Positions 53,809-62,477 of a stretch of DNA of 64,000 nt are shown here, piece by piece; position 1 is the first letter of the stretch, and each line of letters begins with the position of its first letter. This DNA is from Candidatus Krumholzibacteriia bacterium (GTDB taxonomy: Bacteria; Krumholzibacteriota; Krumholzibacteriia; LZORAL124-64-63): contig JANTFX010000003.1 in assembly GCA_024763215.1 (NCBI GenBank), forward strand, positions 3,519-67,518, given 5' to 3'. The notes beneath the pieces are model-generated. The model was given only the letters and a program-made list of their open reading frames with translations, did no database searches and had not been told where the DNA came from. Position numbers and translations under genes: made by a program.

Positions 53809-55476
53809 ATGGCGTTGAGAAACCGCTTGCTTGCCGTGCTGACCGTCCTGGCCGTGGTGCTGGGCGCGGGCAGCGTTCTGGGTCAGACCTACCTCGATCT
53901 GGAAAACCAGGTCCATGAATTCACCCTGGACAACGGGGTCAGGTTCCTGGTCCTGGAGAAGCACGATGTTCCCGTGTTTTCCTTCCGCACCTTCGTCAAC
54001 GTCGGCAGCGCCAACGAGGTGCGCGGCATCACGGGGCTGTCCCACATCCTCGAGCACATGGCCTTCAAGGGCACGGCCGAGGTCGGGACCAAGGACTATC
54101 GGGGGGAGAAGAAGGCCATGGCGCAGGAGGACGCGGCCTTCGACGCCTTCAAGCAGGTGCGCCTGGCCATCCGCCCGGTGCGCGCCAAGTATGAAAGCAT
54201 GACCGCACGGATTCCCGCGGACCAGCGCGAGGCCTACGACAAGCTGGCCGCCGAAGCCGAGGCCATGCCTGCCGATTTCGACCTGGGCCCGGAGGCCCAT
54301 GACGCCCTGGCCTTCTACCTGGACAAGGTCAAGGCCATGGAAGCCGACTATGCCGCCAAGGAGAAGGCCTTCAACGACGCCAAGGACGCCGCGCGCGAAT
54401 TCGTGGTGACCAACGAGTACGGGCAGATCGTCGAGAACAACGGCGGGCAGGGCCTGAACGCCTACACCACCAACGATGTGACGGTCTACCACTACAACCT
54501 GCCCAGCAACCGTCTGGAGCTGTGGGCCTACCTCGAGGGCAGCCGCATGGCCCACCCGGTGTTCCGCGAGTTCTACACCGAGAAGGACGGGCCGGTCACC
54601 GAGGAACGGCGCATGCGCACGGACGACAACCCCATCGGGCGCATCATCGAACAGTTCGAGAACCTGATGTTCATGGCCAACGGCTACCACCATTCCACCA
54701 TCGGCTACATGTCCGACATCCAGAACGTCAGCCGCGCCGACTGCCAGGCGTACTTCGACAAGAACTACGTGGGTTCGAACATCGTGGTCTCGGTGGTCGG
54801 CGACGTGGATTACAAGGATGTCCGGAAGTACGCCAAGAAGTACTTCTCCGGGATCCCGGCCGGCCACCCCGAGCCCGTGGAGACCTTCGAGCCCAAGCAG
54901 CTTGGCGAGAAGCGGTTCATCATGACCGACCCCAGCCAGCCGCTGTTCATCTCCGGCTACCATCTCCACAACGTGCGGCATCCGGACTGGCCCGTGTACG
55001 AGGTCATCGCCGATGTCCTGGGCCAGGGCCGCACCAGCCGTCTGTACAAGAGCCTCATCAAGGACCAGAAGATCGCCGTCAACGCCATGGCCATGCCCGG
55101 TTTCCCGGGGCAGAAATACGACACCGGTCTGCTGGTGTTCGCCATGCCCGCCAAGGACAAGACGGGGCAGGACATGGAAGAGGCCATCGAGGAGCAGATC
55201 CAGAAGATCGTGGACGAGGGCATCACCGCCGACGAGCTGGCGGCGGTCAAGCAGCGGGCCCGCGCCAATTTCATCCGGGGTCTGGACGGCAACGCCGGCA
55301 TGGCCAGCCAGCTTGCCTGGTACCAGACCTATTTCGGAGACTGGCACGAACTGTTCCGGCAGGTGGACGTGATCGATGCGGTGACCCTGGAGGACGTCCA
55401 GCGGGTCGCCAAGGAGATCTTCCAGCCGAACAACCGCACCATCGCCATCATCAAGACCCAGGATCAGGCATCCTGA
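53809..55476 (+). CDS. M16 (pitrilysin-family) zinc peptidase, catalytic subunit type, secreted
   Basis: In-frame part of ORF 53467..55476. ATG 53809 (MALRNRLLAVLTVLAVVLGAGSVLG...). Inverted zinc motif HILEHMAFKGT. Confidence 0.9.
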   Translation: MALRNRLLAVLTVLAVVLGAGSVLGQTYLDLENQVHEFTLDNGVRFLVLEKHDVPVFSFRTFVNVGSANEVRGITGLSHILEHMAFKGTAEVGTKDYRGEKKAMAQEDAAFDAFKQVRLAIRPVRAKYESMTARIPADQREAYDKLAAEAEAMPADFDLGPEAHDALAFYLDKVKAMEADYAAKEKAFNDAKDAAREFVVTNEYGQIVENNGGQGLNAYTTNDVTVYHYNLPSNRLELWAYLEGSRMAHPVFREFYTEKDGPVTEERRMRTDDNPIGRIIEQFENLMFMANGYHHSTIGYMSDIQNVSRADCQAYFDKNYVGSNIVVSVVGDVDYKDVRKYAKKYFSGIPAGHPEPVETFEPKQLGEKRFIMTDPSQPLFISGYHLHNVRHPDWPVYEVIADVLGQGRTSRLYKSLIKDQKIAVNAMAMPGFPGQKYDTGLLVFAMPAKDKTGQDMEEAIEEQIQKIVDEGITADELAAVKQRARANFIRGLDGNAGMASQLAWYQTYFGDWHELFRQVDVIDAVTLEDVQRVAKEIFQPNNRTIAIIKTQDQAS

Positions 55477-55522
55477 CCTGCGCCGGAAAATCCGCCGCTG
55501 GCGGGAGCCGAAAGGATTGGAC

Positions 55523-57652
55523 ATGAAGCGAATCAAGAGTGTGCAGGCGGGGGTGTTGCTGCTGCTGGCGGTCGTCCTGCTGATGCCCGTTTCCTCCCAG
55601 GCCAAGAAACCGTGGGAGAAGATCAAGGTGCCTCAGCTGCACCAGATCCGGATGCCGGACTACCAGCGCGTCGAGCTGGACAACGGCATGGTGCTGTACC
55701 TGGCCGAGGATCACGAACTGCCGCTGGTGAACATGCGCGCCACCATCGACGTGGGCAGCATCTATGAACCGGCCGACAAGATCGGGCTGGCTTCGATGAC
55801 CGGCACGGTCATGCGCAGCGGCGGTACCGCCACCCACAGCGGTGACGAGATCGACGAGATGGTCGAATCCCGCGGCATGTCGGTGGAGACCTGGATCGGG
55901 CAGACCGACGGCGGCGCCCGTGTCTCGACCCTCAAGGAGGATACCCAGCTGGGTCTGGACCTGCTGGCCGACATCCTGCGCAACCCGGTGTTCCCGGAGG
56001 ACAAGATCAAGCTGGCCAAGGAGCAGCAGAAGGCCGCCATCAGCCGGCGCAACGACGACCCCATGACCATCGCCCGGCGCGAGGGCATGGTGGCGGTGTT
56101 CGGCAAGGATCATCCCCTGGCCCGCTACCCGGAGTACAGCACCATCGCCGCGGTGACCCGCCAGGACATGATCGATTTCCATGACGCCTGGTTCCACCCC
56201 GACCGCATGTACCTTGTGGTGACGGGCGATTTCCGGACCCAGGACATGATCGACCGCATCACCCAGGCGTTCGCCGGGTGGGCCAAGGCGACCGTGGACC
56301 TGCCGGATGACCCGGAGATCCCCGACCTGCCGCGCACCGTGAACATCGTGGACAAGGACGATCTGACCCAGACCACGGTACTCATGGGCCACAAGGGCAT
56401 CCGCGCCGACAGCCCCTACTACGCGGGCGTCATGGTCGGCAACCGGATCCTGGGCGGGGGGTTCTCCACCCGTTTGTTCAACGAGATTCGCAGCCGCCAG
56501 GGCCTGGCCTATTCGGTGGGCAGCAGCCCGGGTACGGGATTTCGGTATCCGGGTATGTTCAATGCCTTCTGCATGACCAAGAGCGAGACCAGCCAGAAGG
56601 CTACCGAGGGCGTGCTCAAGGAGATCAAGCGGATGATCACCGAGCCGGTGACCCAGGAGGAGCTGGATCAGGCCAAGGACGGGATCCTCAATTCCGAGGT
56701 CTTCAAGTTCGACACCAAGGAAGAGATCCTGGGCCGCATGGTCATGTTCGAGCGGTACGGCTATCCCGCGGACTTCCTGCAGAAGTACCAGGAGCAGGTG
56801 CGCGCCATGACCGCCGACGAGGTGCTCAAGGCCTGCCAGGCCGTGTGGAAACCCGATCAGATGACCATTCTGGCGGTGGGCGACTACAAGGACTGGGACG
56901 GTGATTTCAGCGAATTCGGTCCGGTGAACATGGTGGACATCACCATCCCCGAACCGGCCCTGGAGATCCCCGACGCCACCCCCGAGTCCCTGGCCCGAGG
57001 CAAGAAGCTGATGGAGGCCGCCCGCGAAGCCGCCGGCGGCAAGGCCCTCTTCGACGGTCTGAAGGCGTACTACAACAAGTCCCTGCTGGCGGCCACGATC
57101 CAGGGTATGGACATGAACTTCACCATCGAGAAGACGGTCGTCTTCCCGGACAAGGCCTACACCCTGCAGAAGACCCCGTTCGGGACCATGACCAGCGTGC
57201 TGGCCGGGGACAAGGGCTGGGGGACCGGCCCCATGGGCAACAAGGACATGTCCGGGGACGAACTGCAGGCCGCCCGGGATGAACTCATGAACGACACCGT
57301 CGGCGTGTTCAAGCACCTGGACCGGTTCCAGTGCCAGGCCCTGGATGCGACCAAGGTCGACGGCGTGCTCTGCAACCCGGTGCACGTCAGCGGGGTGGGG
57401 GACGATTACCAGATCTTCTTCCTGAACGCCGAGAACGGCCGGGTGTTCATGATCCAGGCCCCGGGACGCTCTCCCATGACCGGTTCACCGGTGACGCAGA
57501 AGGTCTACGTGGACGACTACATGCAGGCCGGCGGATTCACCATGCCCAAGGCCATGCGCCTGACCTACGACGACGACCTGTTCGGGACCATCACCGTCCA
57601 GGAGTTCCAGGCGAACCCCAAGGTGGACATGGGGCTGTTCGAGAAGAAGTAG
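55523..57652 (+). CDS. M16-family peptidase-like protein lacking HxxEH, with ~250-aa C-terminal extension
   Basis: ORF track 55517..57652 (listed start TTG). ATG 55523 lies 6 nt after AAAGGA. Signal peptide. GLASMTGTVMRSG occupies the zinc-motif position. Confidence 0.85.
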   Translation: MKRIKSVQAGVLLLLAVVLLMPVSSQAKKPWEKIKVPQLHQIRMPDYQRVELDNGMVLYLAEDHELPLVNMRATIDVGSIYEPADKIGLASMTGTVMRSGGTATHSGDEIDEMVESRGMSVETWIGQTDGGARVSTLKEDTQLGLDLLADILRNPVFPEDKIKLAKEQQKAAISRRNDDPMTIARREGMVAVFGKDHPLARYPEYSTIAAVTRQDMIDFHDAWFHPDRMYLVVTGDFRTQDMIDRITQAFAGWAKATVDLPDDPEIPDLPRTVNIVDKDDLTQTTVLMGHKGIRADSPYYAGVMVGNRILGGGFSTRLFNEIRSRQGLAYSVGSSPGTGFRYPGMFNAFCMTKSETSQKATEGVLKEIKRMITEPVTQEELDQAKDGILNSEVFKFDTKEEILGRMVMFERYGYPADFLQKYQEQVRAMTADEVLKACQAVWKPDQMTILAVGDYKDWDGDFSEFGPVNMVDITIPEPALEIPDATPESLARGKKLMEAAREAAGGKALFDGLKAYYNKSLLAATIQGMDMNFTIEKTVVFPDKAYTLQKTPFGTMTSVLAGDKGWGTGPMGNKDMSGDELQAARDELMNDTVGVFKHLDRFQCQALDATKVDGVLCNPVHVSGVGDDYQIFFLNAENGRVFMIQAPGRSPMTGSPVTQKVYVDDYMQAGGFTMPKAMRLTYDDDLFGTITVQEFQANPKVDMGLFEKK

Positions 57653-57671
57653 GGATCAGCCTTGATCCGAT

Positions 57672-57700
57672 AGGGTGGGCGGCGGTGAGCCGCCCACCCT
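57672..57700 (+). terminator. Perfect hairpin AGGGTGGGCGGC-ggtga-GCCGCCCACCCT
   Basis: Read directly: 12-bp stem, 20 nt after the M16 stop, no U-tract. Confidence 0.65.
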
Positions 57701-57755
57701 GTTAATGCGTAGGTGGAAATTCCGGTGTTTATTTCGGCTCGTTGCCGCTTGTGCG

Positions 57756-57784
57756 TTGACCCGGATGCTGTGGCGTGGTAGAAT
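57756..57784 (+). promoter_or_regulatory. Near-consensus sigma70 promoter TTGACC-17 nt-(TGg)TAGAAT with extended -10
   Basis: Read directly. The best promoter match I found in the window. No protein gene begins within 330 nt downstream. Confidence 0.6.
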
Positions 57785-57790
57785 GCCGGT

Positions 57791-57995
57791 AGTTGAAAAG
57801 ATATAGCTGCTTCAGAGGTCTACCCGGAATTGAAGGATTGAAGTGCGCGAGCTTCGAAATCCCCGGGAGCTGTCGCCAAAGAAGCAGCTATGTTCATATT
57901 ATAGCATTTAATGATATATCATGTCCAGTATTTTGTGAAATGAAAATATCACCGTGATTTGTACGCGTTTTGACGCCCTCCCGCGGGAGTTTTTG
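57791..57995 (+). ncRNA. Candidate ~200-nt structured transcript (orphan sRNA, or long regulatory leader of the downstream small membrane-protein gene)
   Basis: Predicted TSS about 7 nt after the -10. 93-nt extended hairpin at 57801-57893. AT-rich tail with palindrome ATGATATATCAT (57911-57922). Weak terminator CTCC-cgcg-GGAG-TTTTT (57978-57994). No class assignment possible by eye. Confidence 0.35.
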
Positions 57996-58121
57996 TGCGA
58001 AAGTCCGAATATTCTTGCCGTCCAGGGGTATAATTACCACCTGATGACATGAAACTCGATGCGGGTTTTGACGTATCACGCCTACCGGACGCAGTGGCGC
58101 GGCCGGTTGGCAGGGGGAGAG

Positions 58122-58400
58122 ATGATCATGTTCTTGCTGGATCTGGTGGTCCTGATGGCCATTCTGACGGTGGTGCTGAGCGTGGGCCTGCTGGTGCTGA
58201 AGTTCGCCTTCGCCCTGGTTTTGCTGCCGCTGAAGCTGGTCTTTTTCCTGACCAAGGGCCTGCTGGCCCTGGTGGTCGCCCTGCCCTTGATGCTGATCTT
58301 CGGCGGCCTGGTCACGGCGCTGTTGCCGGTGGGGCTGATCCTGCTGCTCCTGCCGGTGATCGTCCTGGGGGGGATCGCCTGCAAGCTGGTGGGCATCTGA
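58122..58400 (+). CDS. Small Leu/Val-rich integral membrane protein (92 aa, about 3 TM helices)
   Basis: Within ORF 58059..58400. ATG 58122 or 58128 directly after GGGGGAGAG. Very high GC3. MIMFLLDLVVLMAILTVVLSVGLLVLKFAFALVLLPLKLVFFLTKGLLALVVALPLMLIFGGLVTALLPVGLILLLLPVIVLGGIACKLVGI. Confidence 0.6.
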   Translation: MIMFLLDLVVLMAILTVVLSVGLLVLKFAFALVLLPLKLVFFLTKGLLALVVALPLMLIFGGLVTALLPVGLILLLLPVIVLGGIACKLVGI

Positions 58401-58415
58401 TCCGCGGTGTGACGG

Positions 58416-58892
58416 TCAGCGCTTCTTCATGCTGATGGTCAGGCGGAACTCGGCCACGGGTTCGTCGCCCAGCTTGTCCGGGCAGGTGGCCGTGACCCGG
58501 ACGGTGCCTTCCTCGCGCTCGCCGCTCTGCTCGGCCGCCGCCAGCAGGCCGGCCAGCATGTCTCCGTCCCGGCAGGTGAACACCGTGGCGCCCTCGGCGC
58601 GCTTGAGGAAATCGGCGTGGAAGTCCTTGAACAGGAACGCCACGCGGGACTGCCGGCGGCGGATCATTTCCATGATGATCAAACCCCCGGCCAGATCGGC
58701 CCCGATGCACAGGGCCCCGAAGTAAAGGCTGCGCAGATGATTGCGGTTATAGTAATTGCAGGGGATCCGGATAACACATTCCCGGTCGTCGAGGGCCAGC
58801 ACACCCGGGCGCACGGCGGCGATCAGGGGGATCTTCCACAGGGCGAACATTCGTAGCCAGAGCGTGGATTTCCAGAGTGTGGGCCGTCCCAT
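58416..58892 (-). CDS. DUF4442-type hot-dog-fold (thioesterase-like) protein
   Basis: Within ORF 58416..58970 (-). ATG 58892 after GGAAGGA. ...LWKIPLIAAVRPGVLALDDRECVIRIPCNYYNRNHLRSLYFGALCIGADLAGG... Confidence 0.8.
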   Translation of the reverse strand: MGRPTLWKSTLWLRMFALWKIPLIAAVRPGVLALDDRECVIRIPCNYYNRNHLRSLYFGALCIGADLAGGLIIMEMIRRRQSRVAFLFKDFHADFLKRAEGATVFTCRDGDMLAGLLAAAEQSGEREEGTVRVTATCPDKLGDEPVAEFRLTISMKKR

Positions 58893-59014
58893 GATTTCCT
58901 TCCGGCCGATTGCCCCTGCGGGGGGGCGTGTGTTACCTTTGCCGTGCGAATGACCGGTTGATTTTCCCATCTGTCCGGTCTTTTGGCCACCCCAATCCCC
59001 TACCGAGGAACACC

Positions 59015-62000
59015 ATGCCTGCTGCCAAGGCCACTCATCCGGAGCCCGCGCCCTACCGTCCCGAGAACCACATCCGCATCGTGACCGCCGCCAGCCTGTT
59101 CGACGGGCACGATGCCGCGATCAACATCATGCGCCGCATCCTGCAGCAGAGCGGGGCCGAGGTGATCCATCTGGGTCACAACCGGGCGGTCAAGGAGATC
59201 GTGGACTGCGCCGTCCAGGAGGACGCCCAGGGCATCGCCATCACCAGCTACCAGGGCGGGCACGTCGAATACCTGAAGTACATGCACGATCTGGTACGCG
59301 AGGCCGGGGTGGACATCAAGATCTTCGCCGGCGGCGGCGGGACCATCCTGCCCCAGGAGATCGAGGAGCTGCACGCCTACGGCATCGCGCGCATCTTCTC
59401 GCCCGACGACGGGCGCGAGATGGGCCTGCAGGGGATGATCAACGAGGTGCTGCGGCAGTGCGATTTCCCGGTGGGCAAGGACGAGGATCCGCGCGGCCTG
59501 CTGCCGGGCGTGGTCGAGCGTGATCCGATGGCCATCGGCCGCATGATCTCACTGGCCGAGAACGCCCCCGAGCACGAGAGCGACCTCATGACGGCGCTGG
59601 CGGCGGCCCGCAAGGACGACAAGGTGATCCCCGTGCTGGGCATCACCGGCACCGGCGGTTCCGGCAAGTCGTCCCTGGTGGACGAGCTGGTCAGGCGCTA
59701 CCTGCAGGATTTTTCCGACAAGACCGTGGCCATCGTGTCGGTGGATCCCTCGCGGCGGCGCAGCGGCGGCGCCCTGCTGGGCGACCGCATCCGCATGAAC
59801 GCCATCGACGATCCGCGCGTGTACATGCGCTCGCTGGCCACGCGCCAGTCCAACCTCGCGCTGTCCCACTACGTGAAGCACAGCATCGAGATCTGCCAGG
59901 CCGCCGGGTTCGACCTGGTGATCGTCGAGACCAGCGGCATCGGCCAGAGCGACACCGAGATCACCGACCACTCAGACGTCGCCCTGTATGTGATGACCGC
60001 CGAGTACGGCGCGGCGACCCAGCTCGAGAAGATCGACATGCTGGATTTCGCGGACCTGATCGCCATCAACAAGTTCGACCACCGCGGCGCGCTGGACGCG
60101 CTGCGGGACGTGCGCAAGCAGTACCGCCGCAACCACAACCTGTTCGAGGTGGATGACGAGGAGTTGCCGATCTTCGGGACCATCGCCTCGCAGTTCAACG
60201 ACCCGGGCATGAACCGGCTCTACCGCGCGGTGATCGACACCCTGGCGCGCAAGACCGGCGCCGATCTGCATTCGGGATTCGAGATCAGCTCGGCCATGGA
60301 GACGCGCAAGTTCATCATCCCCCCCGAGCGCACGCGCTACCTGGCCGAGATCGTCGAGACCAGCCGGCGCTACGACAAGTTCGTGGACGCCCAGTGCGCC
60401 CTGGCCGCCAGGCTGTACCAGCTGCACGGGGTGATCATGCAGCTGCGCGGGCAGGAAGATGCCGACGAAGCGGTGCTGCCGGTGCTGGAACCGCGCGAGG
60501 AGGATGCCGGGACGGTGCGGGAACTGGTCGGGATCTACGCCGAGCTGCGCGACAGGCTGGACAGCGACTGCCGCAAGCGGCTGAACAGCTGGCCGGAGCT
60601 GGCGGCGGCCTACCGCGCCGACAAGTTCGTGTACGAGGTCCGCGGCCGGAAGATCGAGCAGGACCTGTACCGCACCTCCCTGTCCGGCTCGCGCATCCCG
60701 CGCGTGAGCCTGCCCCGCTACCGGGACTGGAGCGAGGTCCTGCGCTGGTTGTTGACCGAGAACGTGCCCGGCGCGTTTCCGTTCGCGGCCGGTGTGTTCC
60801 CCCTCAAGCGCCAGGGCGAGGATCCCACGCGCATGTTCGCCGGCGAGGGCGGTCCCGAGCGCACCAACCGCCGCTTCCATTACGTCTCGCTGGGGATGCC
60901 GGCCGCGCGGCTCTCGACCGCTTTCGACTCGGTGACCCTGTACGGGGAGGACCCGGACCTCCGCCCGGACATCTACGGCAAGATCGGCAACAGCGGCGTT
61001 TCCATCGCGACGGTGGACGACGCCAAGAAGCTGTACAGCGGCTTCGACCTGGCCGATCCCAAGACCTCGGTCTCGATGACCATCAACGGCCCGGCGCCCA
61101 TGATGCTGGCCTTCTTCATGAACGCCGCGATCGATCAGGGTTGCGAGAAGTACATCAAGGCCAACGGGCTGGAAGACGAGGTCGCGCGGAAGATCGACGC
61201 CATCTACAAGGATCTCGGCCAGCCCAGGCCCGCCTACCAGGGCGAGCTGCCCGAGGGCAACGACGGCCTGGGTTTGATGCTGCTGGGGGTCAACGGTGAC
61301 CAGGTCCTGCCGCGCGAGGTGTACGAGCAGATCAAGGCCGAGACCATGAGCGCGGTGCGCGGTACGGTGCAGGCGGATATCCTCAAGGAGGACCAGGCCC
61401 AGAACACGTGCATCTTCTCCACCGAGTTCGCCCTGCGCATGATGGGGGACATCCAGCAGTACTTCATCGACCACCGGGTGCGCAACTTCTACTCGGTTTC
61501 GATCAGCGGCTACCACATCGCCGAGGCCGGCGCCAACCCCATCACCCAGCTCGCGCTGACGCTGGCCAACGGGTTCACCTTCGTGGAGTACTACCTCTCG
61601 CGCGGCATGCCCATCGACAGTTTCGCGCCCAACCTGTCGTTCTTCTTCAGCAACGGCATGGATCCCGAATACTCGGTCATGGGCCGTGTGGCGCGCCGCA
61701 TCTGGGCCAAGGCCATGAGGAACCTCTACGGCGGCAGCGAGCGCAGCCAGAAGCTGAAGTACCACATCCAGACCTCGGGCCGCAGCCTCCATGCCCAGGA
61801 GATCGCCTTCAACGACATCCGCACGACCCTGCAGGCCCTGTACGCCATCTACGACAACTGCAACAGCCTGCACACCAACGCCTACGACGAGGCCATCACC
61901 ACCCCCACCGAGGAATCGGTACGGCGGGCCATGGCCATCCAGCTGATCATCAACAAGGAGCTGGGGCTGGCCAGGAACGAGAACCCCCTGCAGGGCGCGT

Positions 62001-62458
62001 TCATCATCGAGGAGCTGACCAACTTGGTGGAAGAGGCTGTGCTGCAGGAGTTCCTGTCGCTGAGCGAGCGCGGGGGGGTCCTCGGGGCCATGGAGCGCAT
62101 GTACCAGCGCACCAAGATCCAGGAGGAGTCCATGCTCTACGAGCGGCTCAAGCACACCGGCGAGCTGCCCATCGTCGGGGTGAACACCTACCTGGATCCC
62201 AAGGGTTCGCCGACCATCATCCCGGACGAGGTGATCCGCAGCACCGAGCAGGAGAAGCATTACGCCATCGCCAGCCTGGAGGCCTTCAAGGCGCGCAACG
62301 TTGAGCGCGCCCCGGCGGCCATGGCGGCCTTGCAGCGGGCCGCCGTCGAGCACGCCAACACCTTCGAGGCCATGATGGAGGCGGCCAAGTACTGCACCCT
62401 GGGCCAGATCTCCGGCGCCCTGTACGGGGTGGGGGGGCAGTACCGGCGGAATATGTAG
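59015..62458 (+). CDS. icmF: Fused isobutyryl-CoA mutase (B12-binding domain + MeaB-like G-protein + mutase catalytic domain)
   Basis: Within ORF 58910..62458. ATG 59015 ([43 protein letters not shown]...). P-loop [17 protein letters not shown]. Large C-terminal acyl-CoA mutase domain. Confidence 0.92.
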   Translation: MPAAKATHPEPAPYRPENHIRIVTAASLFDGHDAAINIMRRILQQSGAEVIHLGHNRAVKEIVDCAVQEDAQGIAITSYQGGHVEYLKYMHDLVREAGVDIKIFAGGGGTILPQEIEELHAYGIARIFSPDDGREMGLQGMINEVLRQCDFPVGKDEDPRGLLPGVVERDPMAIGRMISLAENAPEHESDLMTALAAARKDDKVIPVLGITGTGGSGKSSLVDELVRRYLQDFSDKTVAIVSVDPSRRRSGGALLGDRIRMNAIDDPRVYMRSLATRQSNLALSHYVKHSIEICQAAGFDLVIVETSGIGQSDTEITDHSDVALYVMTAEYGAATQLEKIDMLDFADLIAINKFDHRGALDALRDVRKQYRRNHNLFEVDDEELPIFGTIASQFNDPGMNRLYRAVIDTLARKTGADLHSGFEISSAMETRKFIIPPERTRYLAEIVETSRRYDKFVDAQCALAARLYQLHGVIMQLRGQEDADEAVLPVLEPREEDAGTVRELVGIYAELRDRLDSDCRKRLNSWPELAAAYRADKFVYEVRGRKIEQDLYRTSLSGSRIPRVSLPRYRDWSEVLRWLLTENVPGAFPFAAGVFPLKRQGEDPTRMFAGEGGPERTNRRFHYVSLGMPAARLSTAFDSVTLYGEDPDLRPDIYGKIGNSGVSIATVDDAKKLYSGFDLADPKTSVSMTINGPAPMMLAFFMNAAIDQGCEKYIKANGLEDEVARKIDAIYKDLGQPRPAYQGELPEGNDGLGLMLLGVNGDQVLPREVYEQIKAETMSAVRGTVQADILKEDQAQNTCIFSTEFALRMMGDIQQYFIDHRVRNFYSVSISGYHIAEAGANPITQLALTLANGFTFVEYYLSRGMPIDSFAPNLSFFFSNGMDPEYSVMGRVARRIWAKAMRNLYGGSERSQKLKYHIQTSGRSLHAQEIAFNDIRTTLQALYAIYDNCNSLHTNAYDEAITTPTEESVRRAMAIQLIINKELGLARNENPLQGAFIIEELTNLVEEAVLQEFLSLSERGGVLGAMERMYQRTKIQEESMLYERLKHTGELPIVGVNTYLDPKGSPTIIPDEVIRSTEQEKHYAIASLEAFKARNVERAPAAMAALQRAAVEHANTFEAMMEAAKYCTLGQISGALYGVGGQYRRNM

Positions 62459-62477
62459 CTGAACGGGGGGACGGGCC

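Noticed and set aside
57801-57893. Cobalamin riboswitch or SRP RNA assignment for the structured element near the B12-dependent icmF
   Set aside because: There is no B12 box (GCCACTG-like) and the spacing of the GGTG/AAATCC-like words is wrong. The GAAGCAGC word resembles SRP helix 8, but the GGAA tetraloop context and the overall fold are absent. The element is left unclassified.
57894-58079. 61-aa minus-strand ORF inside the AT-rich island
   Set aside because: No SD. Codon usage is unlike the rest of the genome. The ORF exists only because the AT-rich sequence happens to lack stops in that frame, and it spans the predicted terminator and promoter elements.
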